Made by a program: the position numbers and the translations under genes. This document shows, piece by piece, positions 11,680-24,092 of a DNA stretch of 64,000 nucleotides. This DNA is from Dendrobates tinctorius (taxonomy: Eukaryota). The notes beneath the pieces are model-generated. The model ran no database searches and was not told the origin of the DNA. It saw nothing but the letters and a program-made list of their open reading frames with translations. The stretch is taken from assembly GCF_039654945.1 (NCBI RefSeq), contig NW_027361932.1:17174001-17238000 (forward strand), in the 5' to 3' direction. Within the stretch, counting starts at the first letter, position 1. Each line of letters opens with the position of its first letter.

Positions 11680-14600
11680 AAACGAGCAGCCCCTGGGGCA
11701 GAGGGCCAACCCCCAGGAGTAGGACCACAAGGCCCAAAGAACTGGCGAGCCAAGTATGTTGGAGGGCGACCGGTCCTCCCAGTCTTGATTGACGGCATCC
11801 CCATGAACGCTTTGCTGGATACTGGCTCTCAGGTGACAACTATGCCATATATCCTTTACAAGCGGTATTGGGCTGACTCTGAACTTACTCGCGGCCCAAG
11901 TGATGAACTCACAGTAGTTGCCAGCAATGGTCAGTCTTTCCCGCAAGTAGGATGTAAAGAGATTACCATTAAAGTGGGGCGAGTGGAGTTAAAATCTCAA
12001 GGTCTGATAGTTGAAGACATTGATCGACGAGAATGTAACCCAATGATGACCTTAGGTACTAATGTGATTGAAAATTGTCTTGCCGAGGTTATTGTTTTGT
12101 TGCAACAGGTGGCTGAGACTGCTGGTTCCAGTGAACAACGAGTCCTGCAGAAGGAGATCAAGGCCCTGATGCAAATACAGCAGGTAGAACTGTCTGGCGG
12201 AGAAATTGGCAGCGTCAGAGTGAGTGATTCTTTCCCCATTGCGATACCCCCCAGATGAGAAATGTTAATTTGGTGTCGGGCAGCCATAGGCCTCAGAGGA
12301 AAAGATTACCAAGCATTGGTAGAGCCAGTGTACTCTGATAGCAGGCCCACTGTCCTGACAGCCAGAGGGGTAGTTGATGTCCGCAAAGGGAGAGTACCTG
12401 TACGCCTCTTGAATTGTGGGGAGGAGGAAGCCACAATACCTCGGTATGCCACAGTTGCTAAGCTGCTTACTGTCAGTAACAATGCAATACAGGCAGCAGA
12501 GCCCTTGGTCTCATCAGACCAGGTGGAGGACAATGGCTTTGTAAAGCAGCAAGAGTAGTGGTGTCAGCAGCTGCAGGTGGGAACTGACTCCACCCCTTCA
12601 TACCAAAAGAGTGGGGTTTACCGAGTGACTCAGGAGTATGAGCGGGTATTCAGTAAACACCCTCTAGACTTTGGGAAGGCAAAAGGGGTTCAACACCATA
12701 TCCCCACTGGAGATCATTCACCCATTAAAGAAAGGTACCGGCCTATACCCCCAACACAATATCAATGTGCCAAAAGTATATTGCGGGAAATGAAGGAGGC
12801 TGGGGTGATGACACAGTTGTAGCCCCAATAGTCTTTGTGAAAAAGAAAGATGGTACCATGAGAATGTGTGTTGATTACCGAAAAATTAACAGCATTACAC
12901 ATAAGGATGCCTACCCATTACCCAGAATTGAGGAGTCATTAGCTGCACTTAAAACTGCTATTTTTCCACCTTAGATCTCACTAGTGGGTATTGGCAGGTT
13001 CCCGTGGCAGAAGCAGACAAGGAAAAAACACTGCACCGCCCCTGGGACATTTCAATAGCTAATGGAGTGCTGTCTTGGACACAAGAACTTCGAGACAGTT
13101 CTGTTATACCTTGATGATGTCATTGTTTTCTCGAAGACTTATCAAGACCATCTGAGGCACCTGGCTGAGGTGTTTGAAGCCTTGTCCAACTTTGGCCTGA
13201 AAGTGAAGCCTTCCAAATGCCACCTCCTGAATCCCAAGGTACAGTACCTTGGTAATGTAGTGAGTGCAGAAGGTATGGCATCGGATCCTGACAAAGTCAC
13301 CCTCATCCGGGTCTGGCAGAAGCCCAGCAACCTCCATGAGGTACGTCAATTCCTCGGGCTGGTAGGCTACTACCGAAGGTTCATCAAAGGCTTCACTGAG
13401 ATAGCCACGCCTATGCAAAATCTTCTGGTGGGCCAGCCCAAGAAAGCCAGGAAGAAGAGTCCTACATTTGAATGGAATGAGGAACTGGAGAGGTCTTTCA
13501 CTCGACTGAAGATGGCTCTCACAGGAGATGAAGTTCTGGCCTACCCAGATTATGACCATTTCATCTGTATACTGATGCCATCAACGTGGGACTGGGAGCG
13601 GTACTGTCACAGGTACAGAATGGCAAAGAAAGAGTGATCTCCTTGGCCAGCAGGAAGCTTCGTCCAACTGAAAGGAACCCAGACAACTACAGTTCCTTCA
13701 AACAGGAGTTCCTCGCCATAGTCTGGGCTGTGACTGAACGATTCAAGCATTACCTAGCTTCAGCCAAGTTTACCATCTTCACAGACAACAACCCATTGAC
13801 TCACTTGGAAACTGCAAGACTAGGTGCACTGGAGCAGCGATGGATGGCCCGGCTGTCTAACTATGAATTTACCATCAAGTACCGAGCGAGGCACAAGAAT
13901 GCCAAAGCTGATGCGCTGTCCAGAATGCCCAATCTGCCAGATGCAGGAGAAGACCCTGAAGCACTCGAAGAAATAGAGTTACCTGCCTTCCACCGGCCAA
14001 TTGCGGCCCAACGTGCCCAAGGAGTGAGAAACAGACAATCTATCGTGAAAGAGGCCACCCTAAATCCATTGCCTCATCATGACTGGGCAGAAACGCAGGA
14101 TAGCGACCCCGCAGTCCGCCTGGTAAAGGAGCTACTGTCACAAGCTGACTCACGCCCAGATCCAGATGCTCCTGAAGAAACCCAGCAGTTGTGGAAGAAG
14201 AGAGGCCGGCTGTTCATCTATGAGGGAAAGCTGTGCTGGAGGAGTATCAAAGCCCGCACTCATGAGTTGGTCTGGCAGGTGGTAGTCCCAAAGAGGGAGG
14301 CATCAATGGTCTTGGAAGCATACCACAATGGAGCTGGACACTTCGGATGGTAGAAGTTGGAGGCCTTGCTCCGAGAGAGATTTTACTGGGCTGGTATGAG
14401 GAAGGCCATTGAAAATTGGTGCCGGGAGTGTGGACAATGCAACCTGCGCAGGAAGGACCGTAACAGCCAGTGAGCTCCATTGCAGCCCATAATAACCAAA
14501 CAACCACTTGAGTTGGTCGCCCTGGACCATGTGAAGCTGGTTCCAAGCTGTTCAGGCTACGTTTACACTCTTACCATCGTTGACCACTACTCGAGATTCC

Positions 14601-15735
14601 TGGTAGTCGTGCCTGTCAAGGATCAAACAGCCAGGACAGCAGCCAGAGCATTCCAACAGCACTTTTGTCGACCACATGGATATCCCGAGCGAGTGCTAAC
14701 AGATAAAGGTCCAGCCTTTGAGGCAGAAGTGTTCCAGGAATTCTGTAACTTGTACGGTTGCACGAAGATCAGGACAACACCATACCATCCACAGACCAAT
14801 GGCATGTGTGAAAAGATGAATCAGGTGGTGATCGATCTACTGAAGACCTTGCCTTTGGAAGAAAGGAATCTGTGGCCAGAGAAGTTGCCAGATCTGGTAG
14901 ACCTCTACAATTACATTCCTCTGAATTCCACCAACTGCACTCCAGCCTACCTAATGAGAGCGAGGCCTGGCAAGCTGCCTATTGATTTGGATATGGGAGT
15001 CCTGTCACCTGAGGTAACATCACCAGATGCTGACTGGGATACAGAATGGCAGCAGCACCGTAGAGTACAAGAGTGTGTAGAAAAGTCTAACTCAGGCGAG
15101 ACAAAAACAAGAAAAGAACTACAATCAACATGCACCTGCAGTTCCCTTGTCACCAGGAGAACAAGTCCTAAAGAGGAAAAGGAGGATACATAAATTGGAT
15201 GACCAATGGGAAGCTGAACCCTACACCGTCTTACCATCAAACTTTGACAACACCAAAGGATGGAGGAAAAACCTCATCAGCAGTATCGAGGGATCATCTG
15301 AAATTGTGCCCTGACCAGCTAAAGGAAAGGATGGGAGAACAAAACAACCTTCAACCCATAGAAGAAGAAAAGGTCAACACTGTACTCAGAGAATTTCCTG
15401 CAAATTGGACAAGAATGGATCAAGCCATCGTAGTTCCTGTCCTAATCTTTCCCCAGCCTACTGCAACTGAAGTAGCAGAGACTCAAGACAACTCTGAAAA
15501 TCAGGAAGTTCAGGCAGCGGATGCCACACCAGCAGTGGAGCCAGAGAATCCTCGCCCTGCCAGTGGTGAATCTGTCATGCCCACAGTGAGTCTAAGTGTT
15601 CGCAGACGGCTACTACCCAGTTTACCAACAGCAGTAACAAGCCCACTAAACCTAAATAGGCCTTTAGAAGTACCCATGCTATGTAGATCTACCCGTAGTA
15701 CAAAAGGTGAGATCCCAGTTAGATATAGAGATTAA
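11680..15735 (+). pseudogene. Gypsy pol (PR-RT-RH-IN), disrupted
   Basis: ORF fragments 11785, 12262, 12577, 12765, 13062, 13586, 14480 and 15199 carry the standard motifs; multiple stops and indels. Confidence 0.93.
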
Positions 15736-16071
15736 AGTGCAAATAGAAAATCTAAACTGTACATGTAAATATGCAACCTTTTCAAGTTTATGTGCCTACA
15801 GAGACTCTGTAAGAACTCTTTTTGAACAATCCGTTTGTTTTTGATGGACAATTGGACCACAGGACTATGTGTGGTCAAAACTCTACTTGTACATAGTTTA
15901 CCAACTGCTCAGGAAATGGACCATGGACATTGACGAATGGACTAATCGTCACAAGGACTATTTTTGAGCTTTGGTTTTTTGTAATTTTTCATTTTTTAAA
16001 TCTTGTTCATTTGTTAAAATGTTTTGCATGTTTTCTTCAGTCCGAGAGTACTAAATTGCACTAGGGTGGAA

Positions 16072-17081
16072 TGTGGCACCCCCAGGAGTATGGTCACCAC
16101 AGTGACATTACCTTCCTCCTAGGGAGTGTGATGTCATGCTTGGAAGCAATGAAGGGTCTCTCTATCAGTTAATCACAACATACAACACAGTTCCCATTCT
16201 AGGCCAGCAGAGGGAGCTCTGAACCCAAAACTGGGGGAAGAGCTGCTCTCTGGGGGCCAGGAAGGGGAAATTAGGAGTTGTGTGTGGACGTGGAGTAGAA
16301 GTGCTGGGAGATTGAGAAGAGAGTTCAGGCTCATTCCCAGCTATAGCGCATGATCTGGAGCCTGGTCTCCAAGGCTGTACGGACACTGATGGTCCTGCAG
16401 CAGAAACTGGAGGAATAGGAAGCTGTAAATGCTCTATTCCCACATAAGACTCGGAGGCCCAACAGCGACGTGTGAGCCAGAAGAAGAAGGCTACAGCTGT
16501 CTGCCATACAAGGGGGTTCTAAAGAGAATAAGCAAGTGGAACTTCAGTGTAACACAGTACTGCAAGTACCTAAAAATAAGCGCTAGGAAGGAGACTACAC
16601 AACCCATCTGCCTAGAGAGATTCCTAAGTTGCTTCCAGGCTAGCCAGCTTCTGTACCATCTGTAATGTGGACCCTGGACTGCATTTGCCAAGCAAAGTAA
16701 AGGTAAAGAAACTGCACCCTGTTGTGTCCTTGCCTTCTTCCTGCAACCCCGTCAGCACAGCTACATCTCTGTGTCAGACACTACACCCTCTTCCTCAACA
16801 CCTATCCTCACTGCCCTGGGATTACTGCCCTGCCTGTGGAGGGCCACAACATCATAGCTGCACCACACCATCTGTCCCAGGGGATCTGTCTGCAGCGTCG
16901 GCTTAACATCTCCATTGCTGAGCACCACAGATGGCGTCGCGTATCATCCACTCATAAACTTTATTCCATCACTTAACCCCTTTTACATTGGCGCCCAGGG
17001 CCACGGACCGGGTCACAGCTGCTGTGACATTCCCCTCTGAGAGACCGGCCCGGTACCGAGTACCCCAGGGAGGTCGACCCA
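16072..17081 (+). repeat. 3' LTR of Gypsy provirus (purine-rich tract at 16063-16071)
   Basis: Direct repeat of the 5' LTR, followed by TSD TCTT. Confidence 0.96.
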
Positions 17082-17439
17082 TCTTCACAGCGGATCGCCA
17101 TGAAAAATTCTCTGGCCTTGGGGAGGGTCAGCAAGGAACAGTTCATTGTCTTAAAACTGCAGCGGCGGGGCGGACAGTTTTATATTGCTGTAATGGCCCA
17201 TTTATAAAAATGTTTAATTTTTTTAGTTTTGGTAGCTGACGACCCCTCGATCATTGGAGCCGGGGTCCGGTCAGCCGCCCTCAGGATATAATGCCTGTGT
17301 ACATTGTATATGGTAATTTGACATTTTACCTCTATTTTAAAGCTATGAAATACTTTTTAGCAAACACAGTTTACATTACATCAAAAAAGTTATTTAACCT
17401 TCGGAATTCCTGCCCCATTTTATACTAATAATTGATACA

Positions 17440-17682
17440 ACAGAACAAGGGCCGGAGGAGCGATGCCTGCAGTGTGGCCTGACGAGAGACATCCCGCCCA
17501 TTCCGATGTCAACAAATTCCGAGCCAGCAGAGGGCGCTCAATAACAACGAGAATCCTCTCCAGAAACCCTGCACATGGCCGATCCTGACGTCACTAACAT
17601 GCGACAGCCCATGCCGTGATCCCCCCACGTGATCTGCCGCTGTGTTGGGTGTTGCTGGGATCACCGGAGAACCACGCTCGGG
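17440..17682 (+). promoter_or_regulatory. CpG-rich DDX51 promoter/5' UTR with CRE (TGACGTCA 17586-17593) and E-box (CACGTG 17626-17631)
   Basis: Perfect palindromic motifs just upstream of the ATG; MYC E-boxes are typical of ribosome-biogenesis genes. Confidence 0.6.
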
Positions 17683-17705
17683 ATGTCGCTCTTTGTCATA
17701 AACAG
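17683..17705 (+). CDS. DDX51: DDX51 exon 1 (MSLFVIN-R)
   Basis: ATG..AG|GT in phase with the next exon, giving MSLFVINRYLDD, similar to the DDX51 N-terminus. Confidence 0.85.
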
Positions 17706-18018
17706 GTGCCCGTATCTGATATTGCTTCCTGTCTGTGTCCTTAGAGCACCGTGATCGGCCAGTAAAGCGCCACCAGATCACTGACCTGCGGCCGTGTCAT
17801 CAGCTGAGAGCCGTGTATGGAGACCGCTTCCTGATGAGCTGAGCTCTCCCTGCAGCAAACGACATGGTCGCCTTGTAGTTAGTTGATGGAATCTTTGTGT
17901 CGTTCGCTATAGATTCAATATTAGATTCCGCCTGTGGGAAGTTTAGTCTGACTTGTGTTATTATTGATGGTGGTCGGTGACCCTCTTAGTTGTGATAATT
18001 ACAGGCATAATTAACACC

Positions 18019-18511
18019 TTAAAGGGAAGGTGCCATCAGAAAACAATTTGTGTAAATCAGGTTTTTGTGCTGAATCTGTGTTTTTTTGTTGTAATTTTGG
18101 CATTTTTTAAATATATTTTTCACATTGGCCACTGGGGCTGTTGTAGTCTCCTACTTTATCCTTTCAGGAAGACTTTATAGTAAGGCTCCTTATTATCCGA
18201 GGGAGGATTCCTGTGACGGCTGACCGCTGATGGCACAGGGTCCACCAGGTGATGTTACAGCCGCCCCTGAGCCCCCTCGCTTCACAGTCGCCTTTCACAG
18301 ACTCATTAGATCCTTAAATACCAAAGTTACACTGCTGCTCCTGCACATGTACATTTTCTGCAAGGACAGGACCCCACTGGCTAATGTAAAAAATGCCAAA
18401 TTTCTCATTTTTAATGCATGCATGTATATAATGAAAATCAAACATTTCAACAAATTCATGAAACACAAACTGGAAACAATAAGTTATTTTCTGATGACGC
18501 TTTCCATTGAA
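18019..18511. mobile_element. T2/Kolobok-type MITE
   Basis: TTAA-AGGGAAGGTGCCATCAG ... CTGATGACGCTTTCCA degenerate TIRs. Confidence 0.55.
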
Positions 18512-18705
18512 ACCCCCTTTATTTTGGCTCCTGTCAGTTTTCCTTGGCAGCCATGTACCACGGGTCGTCTTCAGCAGTTTGTCTTGGCAAAGAAAAGTGA
18601 CAGAAGTCAAAAGTGTATCTGGGAAGAAGAGAAGACTTGTGCCCCCTCATTCTAGGTAACAGTGAGGGGATCAGGATCTCTTCTCTTTATCAGAAATAAA
18701 TATAT

Positions 18706-18930
18706 AGGGCGGCTCAGTGGTTAGCACTGCAGCCTTGCAGCGCTGGGGTCCTGGGTTCAAATCCCACCAAGGACAACTTCTGCAAGGAGTTCTCCCCGTC
18801 TTTGCATGGGTTTCCTTCCACATTCCTAAGACATACTGATGGGGGATCTAGATTTCGAGCCCCATCGGGGACAGTATTGATGATGTCTTAAAAGCGCTGT
18901 GGAATTAATGGCACTATATAAATGAGTAAA
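18706..18930 (+). mobile_element. tRNA-derived SINE (V-SINE-like)
   Basis: A box GGCTCAGTGG, B box GGTTCAAATCC, central TTCTCCCCGT..GCATGGGTTTCC domain, LINE-like tail. Confidence 0.85.
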
Positions 18931-19225
18931 ACAAATATATATAGAGAGGCATAACTCACTGCTCTTGGGATCCCATGCAGAATACATAGTGGGGCTCCCT
19001 CCACCTACCATGAGCTCCTTATAATACTAGTGTTGTCTTCAGTGGTTCATTGGTCTATATATATATATATATAGACCATAACAAATTTTAAACTTTATAT
19101 ATATATATATATATATATATGCGAATAATGAGGCAGTCGCAGCTTCTGTGCCTCTGCCATAACTGTGACCATATTTTCCCATCTCTATATTAAAATGTAT
19201 AGTTGCACTCACAGGGGTAAAGTAA

Positions 19226-19596
19226 GGGTACCGTTACACCTAGCGATGCACCAGCGATATGACGCGGTCAGGATCGCTGGTACATCGCTAGGTGGTCGCT
19301 AGCGAGCTGCCACACAGGCAGATCTCACCAGTGACATCGTTGGGGATGGGGGTCGCTACTTACCTGTCAGACGCGGCGATCCTGCGTCCTCCCGACCGGC
19401 TCCACTCGGCGCCGCAGGAAGCTGCCGACGAGGAATGGTCCAGGAGCTTCTTGCGCGATCAGTGATAACTAGCGGCGGAGCCGGTCAGCGGTAAGTATCA
19501 CATGCAGTGATATCGCTAGCAATATCACTGCAACGTCACAAAATCGGTGACTTTACAGTGATATTGCTAGCGATATCGCAGTGTGTAACGGGGGCT
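19226..19596. mobile_element. Harbinger/PIF-type MITE
   Basis: TAA-GGGTACCGTTACAC ... GTGTAACGGGGGC-TTA ends; internal GCGAT/ATCGC palindromes. Confidence 0.6.
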
Positions 19597-19654
19597 TAAG
19601 ACACAGTTTGGTGTAATCTACATATTATGTAACCATTATCCTTTTCCTTGTTAG

Positions 19655-20303
19655 GTACCTTGATGATGAGATAGATTCAACTGAAGATAGGGCCAAAGCG
19701 TTGCTAAAGAAGCTACATCAGCAAGCCAAGGCTCGGCAGTCACAACTAAAATGTCAGGAGAAAAATGTGAAGGGAATTTCAAAGTCCCACAGCGTAGAGG
19801 TACAGGAATCCAAAGTGTCAGAAAAACAGAAGAAACCTAAGAAACGGAAGAAAACTCTCGATGAGTCACCTACTGAGGTAGAGGATCCCTGTCTTGATGT
19901 TGGGGCAAAGGATATAGGAAATGTGAAGGTAAAGAAGTCTCGGAAGCAAAACGTCAGTGATGAGGAACAAGAAAAGGACAAAGGTCTGGATGCACCAGTT
20001 GAAAAAAGGAAGCATAAGAAGAAAGTCATTAAATATGAGGCAAGAATGAGATCTAACTCCGAATCCGCCCTTAGTGAAGACCCAAAGACTGCTCATAAGA
20101 AGGAACCCAAACAAGGAGATGAGAACTCTGACAAAGAGTTGGGGGATGCAATAGAAGATACAAAAGTAGCATGCACAAAGGAGGATAACACTGAATTAGA
20201 CGGGACCACAGCAAAAAGTGATGAGGCTGAGCCGGAACAGAAGAGTGAAGGGAATAAAGACTTTCTACTTCTTGGAGGCTTTAAGGCCAAACCAGTTCAG
20301 AAG
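19655..20303 (+). CDS. DDX51: DDX51 exon 2 (K/E-rich N-terminal region)
   Basis: AG|...|GT, open frame ending LLLGGFKAKPVQK. Confidence 0.92.
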
Positions 20304-20391
20304 GTAACACCATCCAGCAGACATATAAACCCTTGAAGGTATAATGTATGATTAAATTGTAACATGCCACCACGATTGCTTTCTCTTGTAG

Positions 20392-20542
20392 GTGCTTCCA
20401 GTTCTACCACAGTGGTTAGCCAAACCTAGTCTTGTTCACAAAGATATTAAGCAAAACCTTGTCCCCATCCATGATATTCCATGTTTAGACCCAAACATGC
20501 TAAAGAGACTGGAATCTAACAAAGTGAAATCTTTCTTTCCAG
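20392..20542 (+). CDS. DDX51: DDX51 exon 3
   Basis: VLPVLPQWLAKP...SFFP; canonical splice sites. Confidence 0.95.
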
Positions 20543-21160
20543 GTAGTAACACCAATTTACAGTTTTTTACATGGGCCTATTTGATATGATGTGGAGATCA
20601 TTTTGACACTGGGGATGAGGAAACATATCCTAGAATTGTGTTCCTTTATATGACGGAAGGGGTTGTTCAGTCATTTTATAAAAGTCTGTAGTCACGTAGG
20701 ATTCTATGATGTATGATGTTGCCATGTGACCGCAAGTATGCACTTTGCTCAGTTCACTTGTATTCAGCAAGACTGCGCACATCTAGTCAGCATGTGACCG
20801 CAAGTATGCAACTGGCACTTTTGCAGTCACGTGACCGTCCTCTCGCCGACAACATCAGAGAATCTGGACAGCATTTGGTGCACATGCGGTCAGAATTCAG
20901 AAGCCTGCAGCAACAAAGAGTCGGGTATATGAAATGGTAAATAATTCACATTATGTATCAAAACATCAAAAATTCCAGCAGTGGAAGTATTGGGGATAAA
21001 AGTAGAGATCGTGAGCGGAGACTTTTTTTTTTTTTTTTTGTGGGGGAGGCATCTCTGTAGTACTATTGAATAAAAAAAAAAAAGAGAGAGATAAAAAGTG
21101 GCCACGTAACTCTATTTTCCCTTTTAATGAGTTTTGTTTTTTCCTCTCACTCATGTTTAG

Positions 21161-21306
21161 TTCAAGCTGAAGTCATCCCAGCTATTTTGGATTGCTGTGC
21201 CCATGGATTTCTTGTGGGCCGAGGCGGGTATCGCCCAAATGACATATGTGTTTCTGCACCTACTGGAAGTGGGAAGACTTTGGCATTTGTCGTTCCAATC
21301 GTACAG
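21161..21306 (+). CDS. DDX51: DDX51 exon 4 (Q motif, Walker A)
   Basis: VQAEVIP...DICVSAPTGSGKTLAF. Confidence 0.97.
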
Positions 21307-21696
21307 GTCAGTTTCACAAAATTAGTATCTGCTTTACTGTATCGCCCCCTTCCCACCGCAGCCACTTTTCATTTTTGTTACTTAGGTTTTTCATCCCCCT
21401 TCTTCCAAGACCTAGAGCTTTTTTTATTTTTTCATCGATCTAGCCATATGAGCTGGAATTTATTTTTGCAGAATGCTTTGTAGTTTTGAAAGGCAACATA
21501 GAAAAAATGAATCCAAGTGTGGTGAAAATCACAACAAAACCCGAATTCTGCCATGTTTTTGGGGGTTTTGTTTTTACAACATTCAATCTGTGGTAAAAAC
21601 TACATAGTAACATGATGATTTTCCAGATCAGTATGATTACGCCGATACCAAACTTACGGTAGTTTTTTAAAATTTTTCTATTGAGAAAAACTTTTG

Positions 21697-21945
21697 AAAT
21701 AGCTATAGCGCTTACCGAATATCTGCATCGGGAACCTGGATACCTGGAGCGCTCCCGATAATTAGGTGTCTGGCTCCGCAGCTGCATGTGTGACAGTCAC
21801 AACACCTGCATGGAGAGTCTGTTTGCGGTGCCGAACAGATGATTATCGGGAGCGCTCCAGTTATCTGAGTTCCCGATGCAGGTATTTGGTAAGTGCTACA
21901 GCTATTCGGATAAGGACTTAACCGAGGCTATTCGATCAACCCTAT
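21697..21945. mobile_element. Palindromic MITE remnant
   Basis: ~70-bp inverted arms at 21697-21765 and 21841-21908. Confidence 0.6.
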
Positions 21946-22596
21946 CGATCATCCAATCACTTGTTCTGTATACTGCAACACTACTATATTACAGTATATA
22001 GACAAAAATATTGTGACATATGAAGCTATGACTTTGGGTGGGCTTCATAGGAGTACTGACATAGCAGACCTGCTGCCATGGCAACCCATTGGTACCCCAT
22101 GATCACGTCGCATGCATTGACTGACGCACTGATGAGTGACCATGGTATTAAAGGAGTTCACAGCAGTGATCGGAGCACCCCTGTTAGAGGCAAATGCTGG
22201 TTGTGTAGCACAGCCAGTATATGCTGAGTGTGGCGCGGGCTCACCTCCTGAGCCCCTTCAATATACCTGTACCCAACTTGCGCTTACATATTTTTGAGAT
22301 GCCTGGAATAGGTTAATACGAATGACACCTCTACTTGTGCCTTTCCGAACATGCAAATATCATAGAGTGCAGTCCACTGTTCATAATGGATAACTGCTGT
22401 GGTGGGCCCAGCCTGTCCATGCTTTACATGGACAGGCACACATTTGAATGGTCCCCGTGTAGTGCTATATTTTTCCTGTCTGGCCAGATGGGGCAGCCCC
22501 TGGCAATAAGTTAATTACTGGGGGCTAGAGAAGTCGGCTTCTAAGCAGAATGGTTGTTTTTCTGGATTAATAAGCTAGTTTCACTTTTGCCCATAG

Positions 22597-22668
22597 GCTT
22601 TGACGCAACGTGTCGTATGTCAAGTTCGAGCTCTTGTAGTGCTGCCGACTAAGGAACTGGCACAACAG
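22597..22668 (+). CDS. DDX51: DDX51 exon 5 (motif Ia)
   Basis: ALTQRVVCQVRALVVLPTKELAQQ. Confidence 0.97.
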
Positions 22669-22762
22669 GTACTTAACAGGGGCATGACTTGTCTTGTCAT
22701 TTTTTTTATTATCATTATGCTGCATTATTTATTCATTTATTTTTTTTCACTTCTCTTATCAG

Positions 22763-22869
22763 GTATGCAAGGTGTTTAATGTCTATGCAGACGGTACGGG
22801 TCTCAAGGTTGTCCTGATAGCTGGACATAAATCTTTCTCTAAAGAGCAGGAGACTCTGGTCACTAAAAA
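22763..22869 (+). CDS. DDX51: DDX51 exon 6
   Basis: VCKVFNVYADGTGLKVVLIAGHKSFSKEQ... Confidence 0.95.
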
Positions 22870-23445
22870 GTGAGTGTGTGTGTGTGTGTATATATATAAA
22901 CCCCGGTTTAGTTAGTCCAGGACTTGAATAAATAGAAACAGTGTATACTTGATGTTTGGGATTGCATCCCGGCTGCAGCCATTCAGCTTGTCATCTGCCG
23001 CCTTTACTATTTCGTCAGAGCAGACGTCTGCCCTATTGGAATATCGCAGTATTGATGGGCTGCAGTTAGCATGTGATACAATAAGTCACCAACAAGAATA
23101 TCGGTGCCAATGCCGCGGTAGGAGGTGTTTTTATTTTATATGGTGTCCTGAATTGATTAAACTGGGGTTGCCTGGTAGTGGTCAGCCCTTTTAATGGCAT
23201 ACCCCAGAGCTGTTAGAGGCTGTCCAGAGAATGCCATAAATGTATCATATATGAGTGTCCCATGACTGTACGGGCCTAAAACACATAGGCTGTTTCCCTA
23301 TCATAAAGTTACCTGAATGGTGGCACACATAGGACAAGCTCCGACCCATGGATATGCCAGAATTGTTGGAATACATTTATAAAGCAGCTGACCTTCTATC
23401 CTTGGCAGAGTGTGCTGTCTTACATTCCTTTACTTTTTACCGTAG

Positions 23446-23554
23446 GATCTTTGGGTTCTGCAGTCTGGCGGACATTCTTGTGTGCACACCTGGTAGACTT
23501 GTTGATCACATTCAGATGACAGAAGGCTTCACCTTGAGGCATCTACGATTTCTG
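23446..23554 (+). CDS. DDX51: DDX51 exon 7 (TPGRL)
   Basis: [16 protein letters not shown]...LRFL. Confidence 0.97.
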
Positions 23555-23631
23555 GTAAGCTTCACTAAGCTATAAAGGTTTTATGGTGGATTTTCCTTAT
23601 TTTATAGAGCTGCATCTTTTTCATGTTGCAG

Positions 23632-23774
23632 GTTATTGATGAGGCAGATCGCATGATTAACACTATGAATCAAGACTGGCTCACCCAAGTGATCAATGCT
23701 GTTTATAAGGTGGAACCACAAGATCATAGCAACCTTTTTGCTCGCAAGATGCCCGGAGTGCCCACAGCAGCAGA
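23632..23774 (+). CDS. DDX51: DDX51 exon 8 (DEAD box)
   Basis: VIDEADRMINTMNQDWL. Confidence 0.97.
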
Positions 23775-23893
23775 GTAACTAACCATTACATAATCTTCTT
23801 TACTACCTATCGAACCTCCTCTCTGTATACATTCAGGGGTAGCTTTGAATATCTGTCTCTTCATGCTTTCATCTCCCGCTTACTATTTTATAG

Positions 23894-24092
23894 TTATGGC
23901 CAGCTTCAGATACCACTGCAGAAACTGCTTTTCTCTGCTACGCTGACGCACAATCCAGAAAAACTTCAGAAACTCAGCTTGTACCAACCACGGCTCTTTA
24001 CATCCTTATACAAGCAGCCAACATTACACAACACTGGAGAAGAGGCTGAGCCCCCCACTTCTGAAAAATTCTCTCTCCCCGAGGAGCTTACG
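23894..24092 (+). CDS. DDX51: DDX51 exon 9 (SAT motif)
   Basis: PLQKLLFSATLTHNPEKLQKLSLYQPRLF. Confidence 0.97.

Larger units (their letters stand above)
8385..11722 (+). pseudogene. Gypsy gag, split by hAT insertion; C-terminal CCHC knuckle
   Basis: Removing 9254-11481 restores the frame ...KNMAALAKTVQSLQVSSKEK...CRHCHKAGHTARFC... Confidence 0.9.
7030..17081 (+). mobile_element. Full-length decayed Ty3/Gypsy LTR retrotransposon
   Basis: TG...CA LTRs at 7030-8056 and 16072-17081; 4-bp TSD TCTT (7026-7029, 17082-17085); gag, PR (LLDTGSQ), RT (YLDD), RH, IN (LDHV..IVDHYS..TDKG..E) in Gypsy order with stops and frameshifts. Confidence 0.97.

Noticed and set aside
17831-17875. CTGATGA-GCTG..CAGC-AAAC hammerhead-like motif or C/D snoRNA in intron 1
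   Set aside because: Lacks G12, the U of the NUH triplet and stem I; box C lacks the purine, and I see no terminal stem or recognisable rRNA guide
18706-18775. tRNA gene
   Set aside because: It is the tRNA-derived head of a SINE; no acceptor stem or terminator
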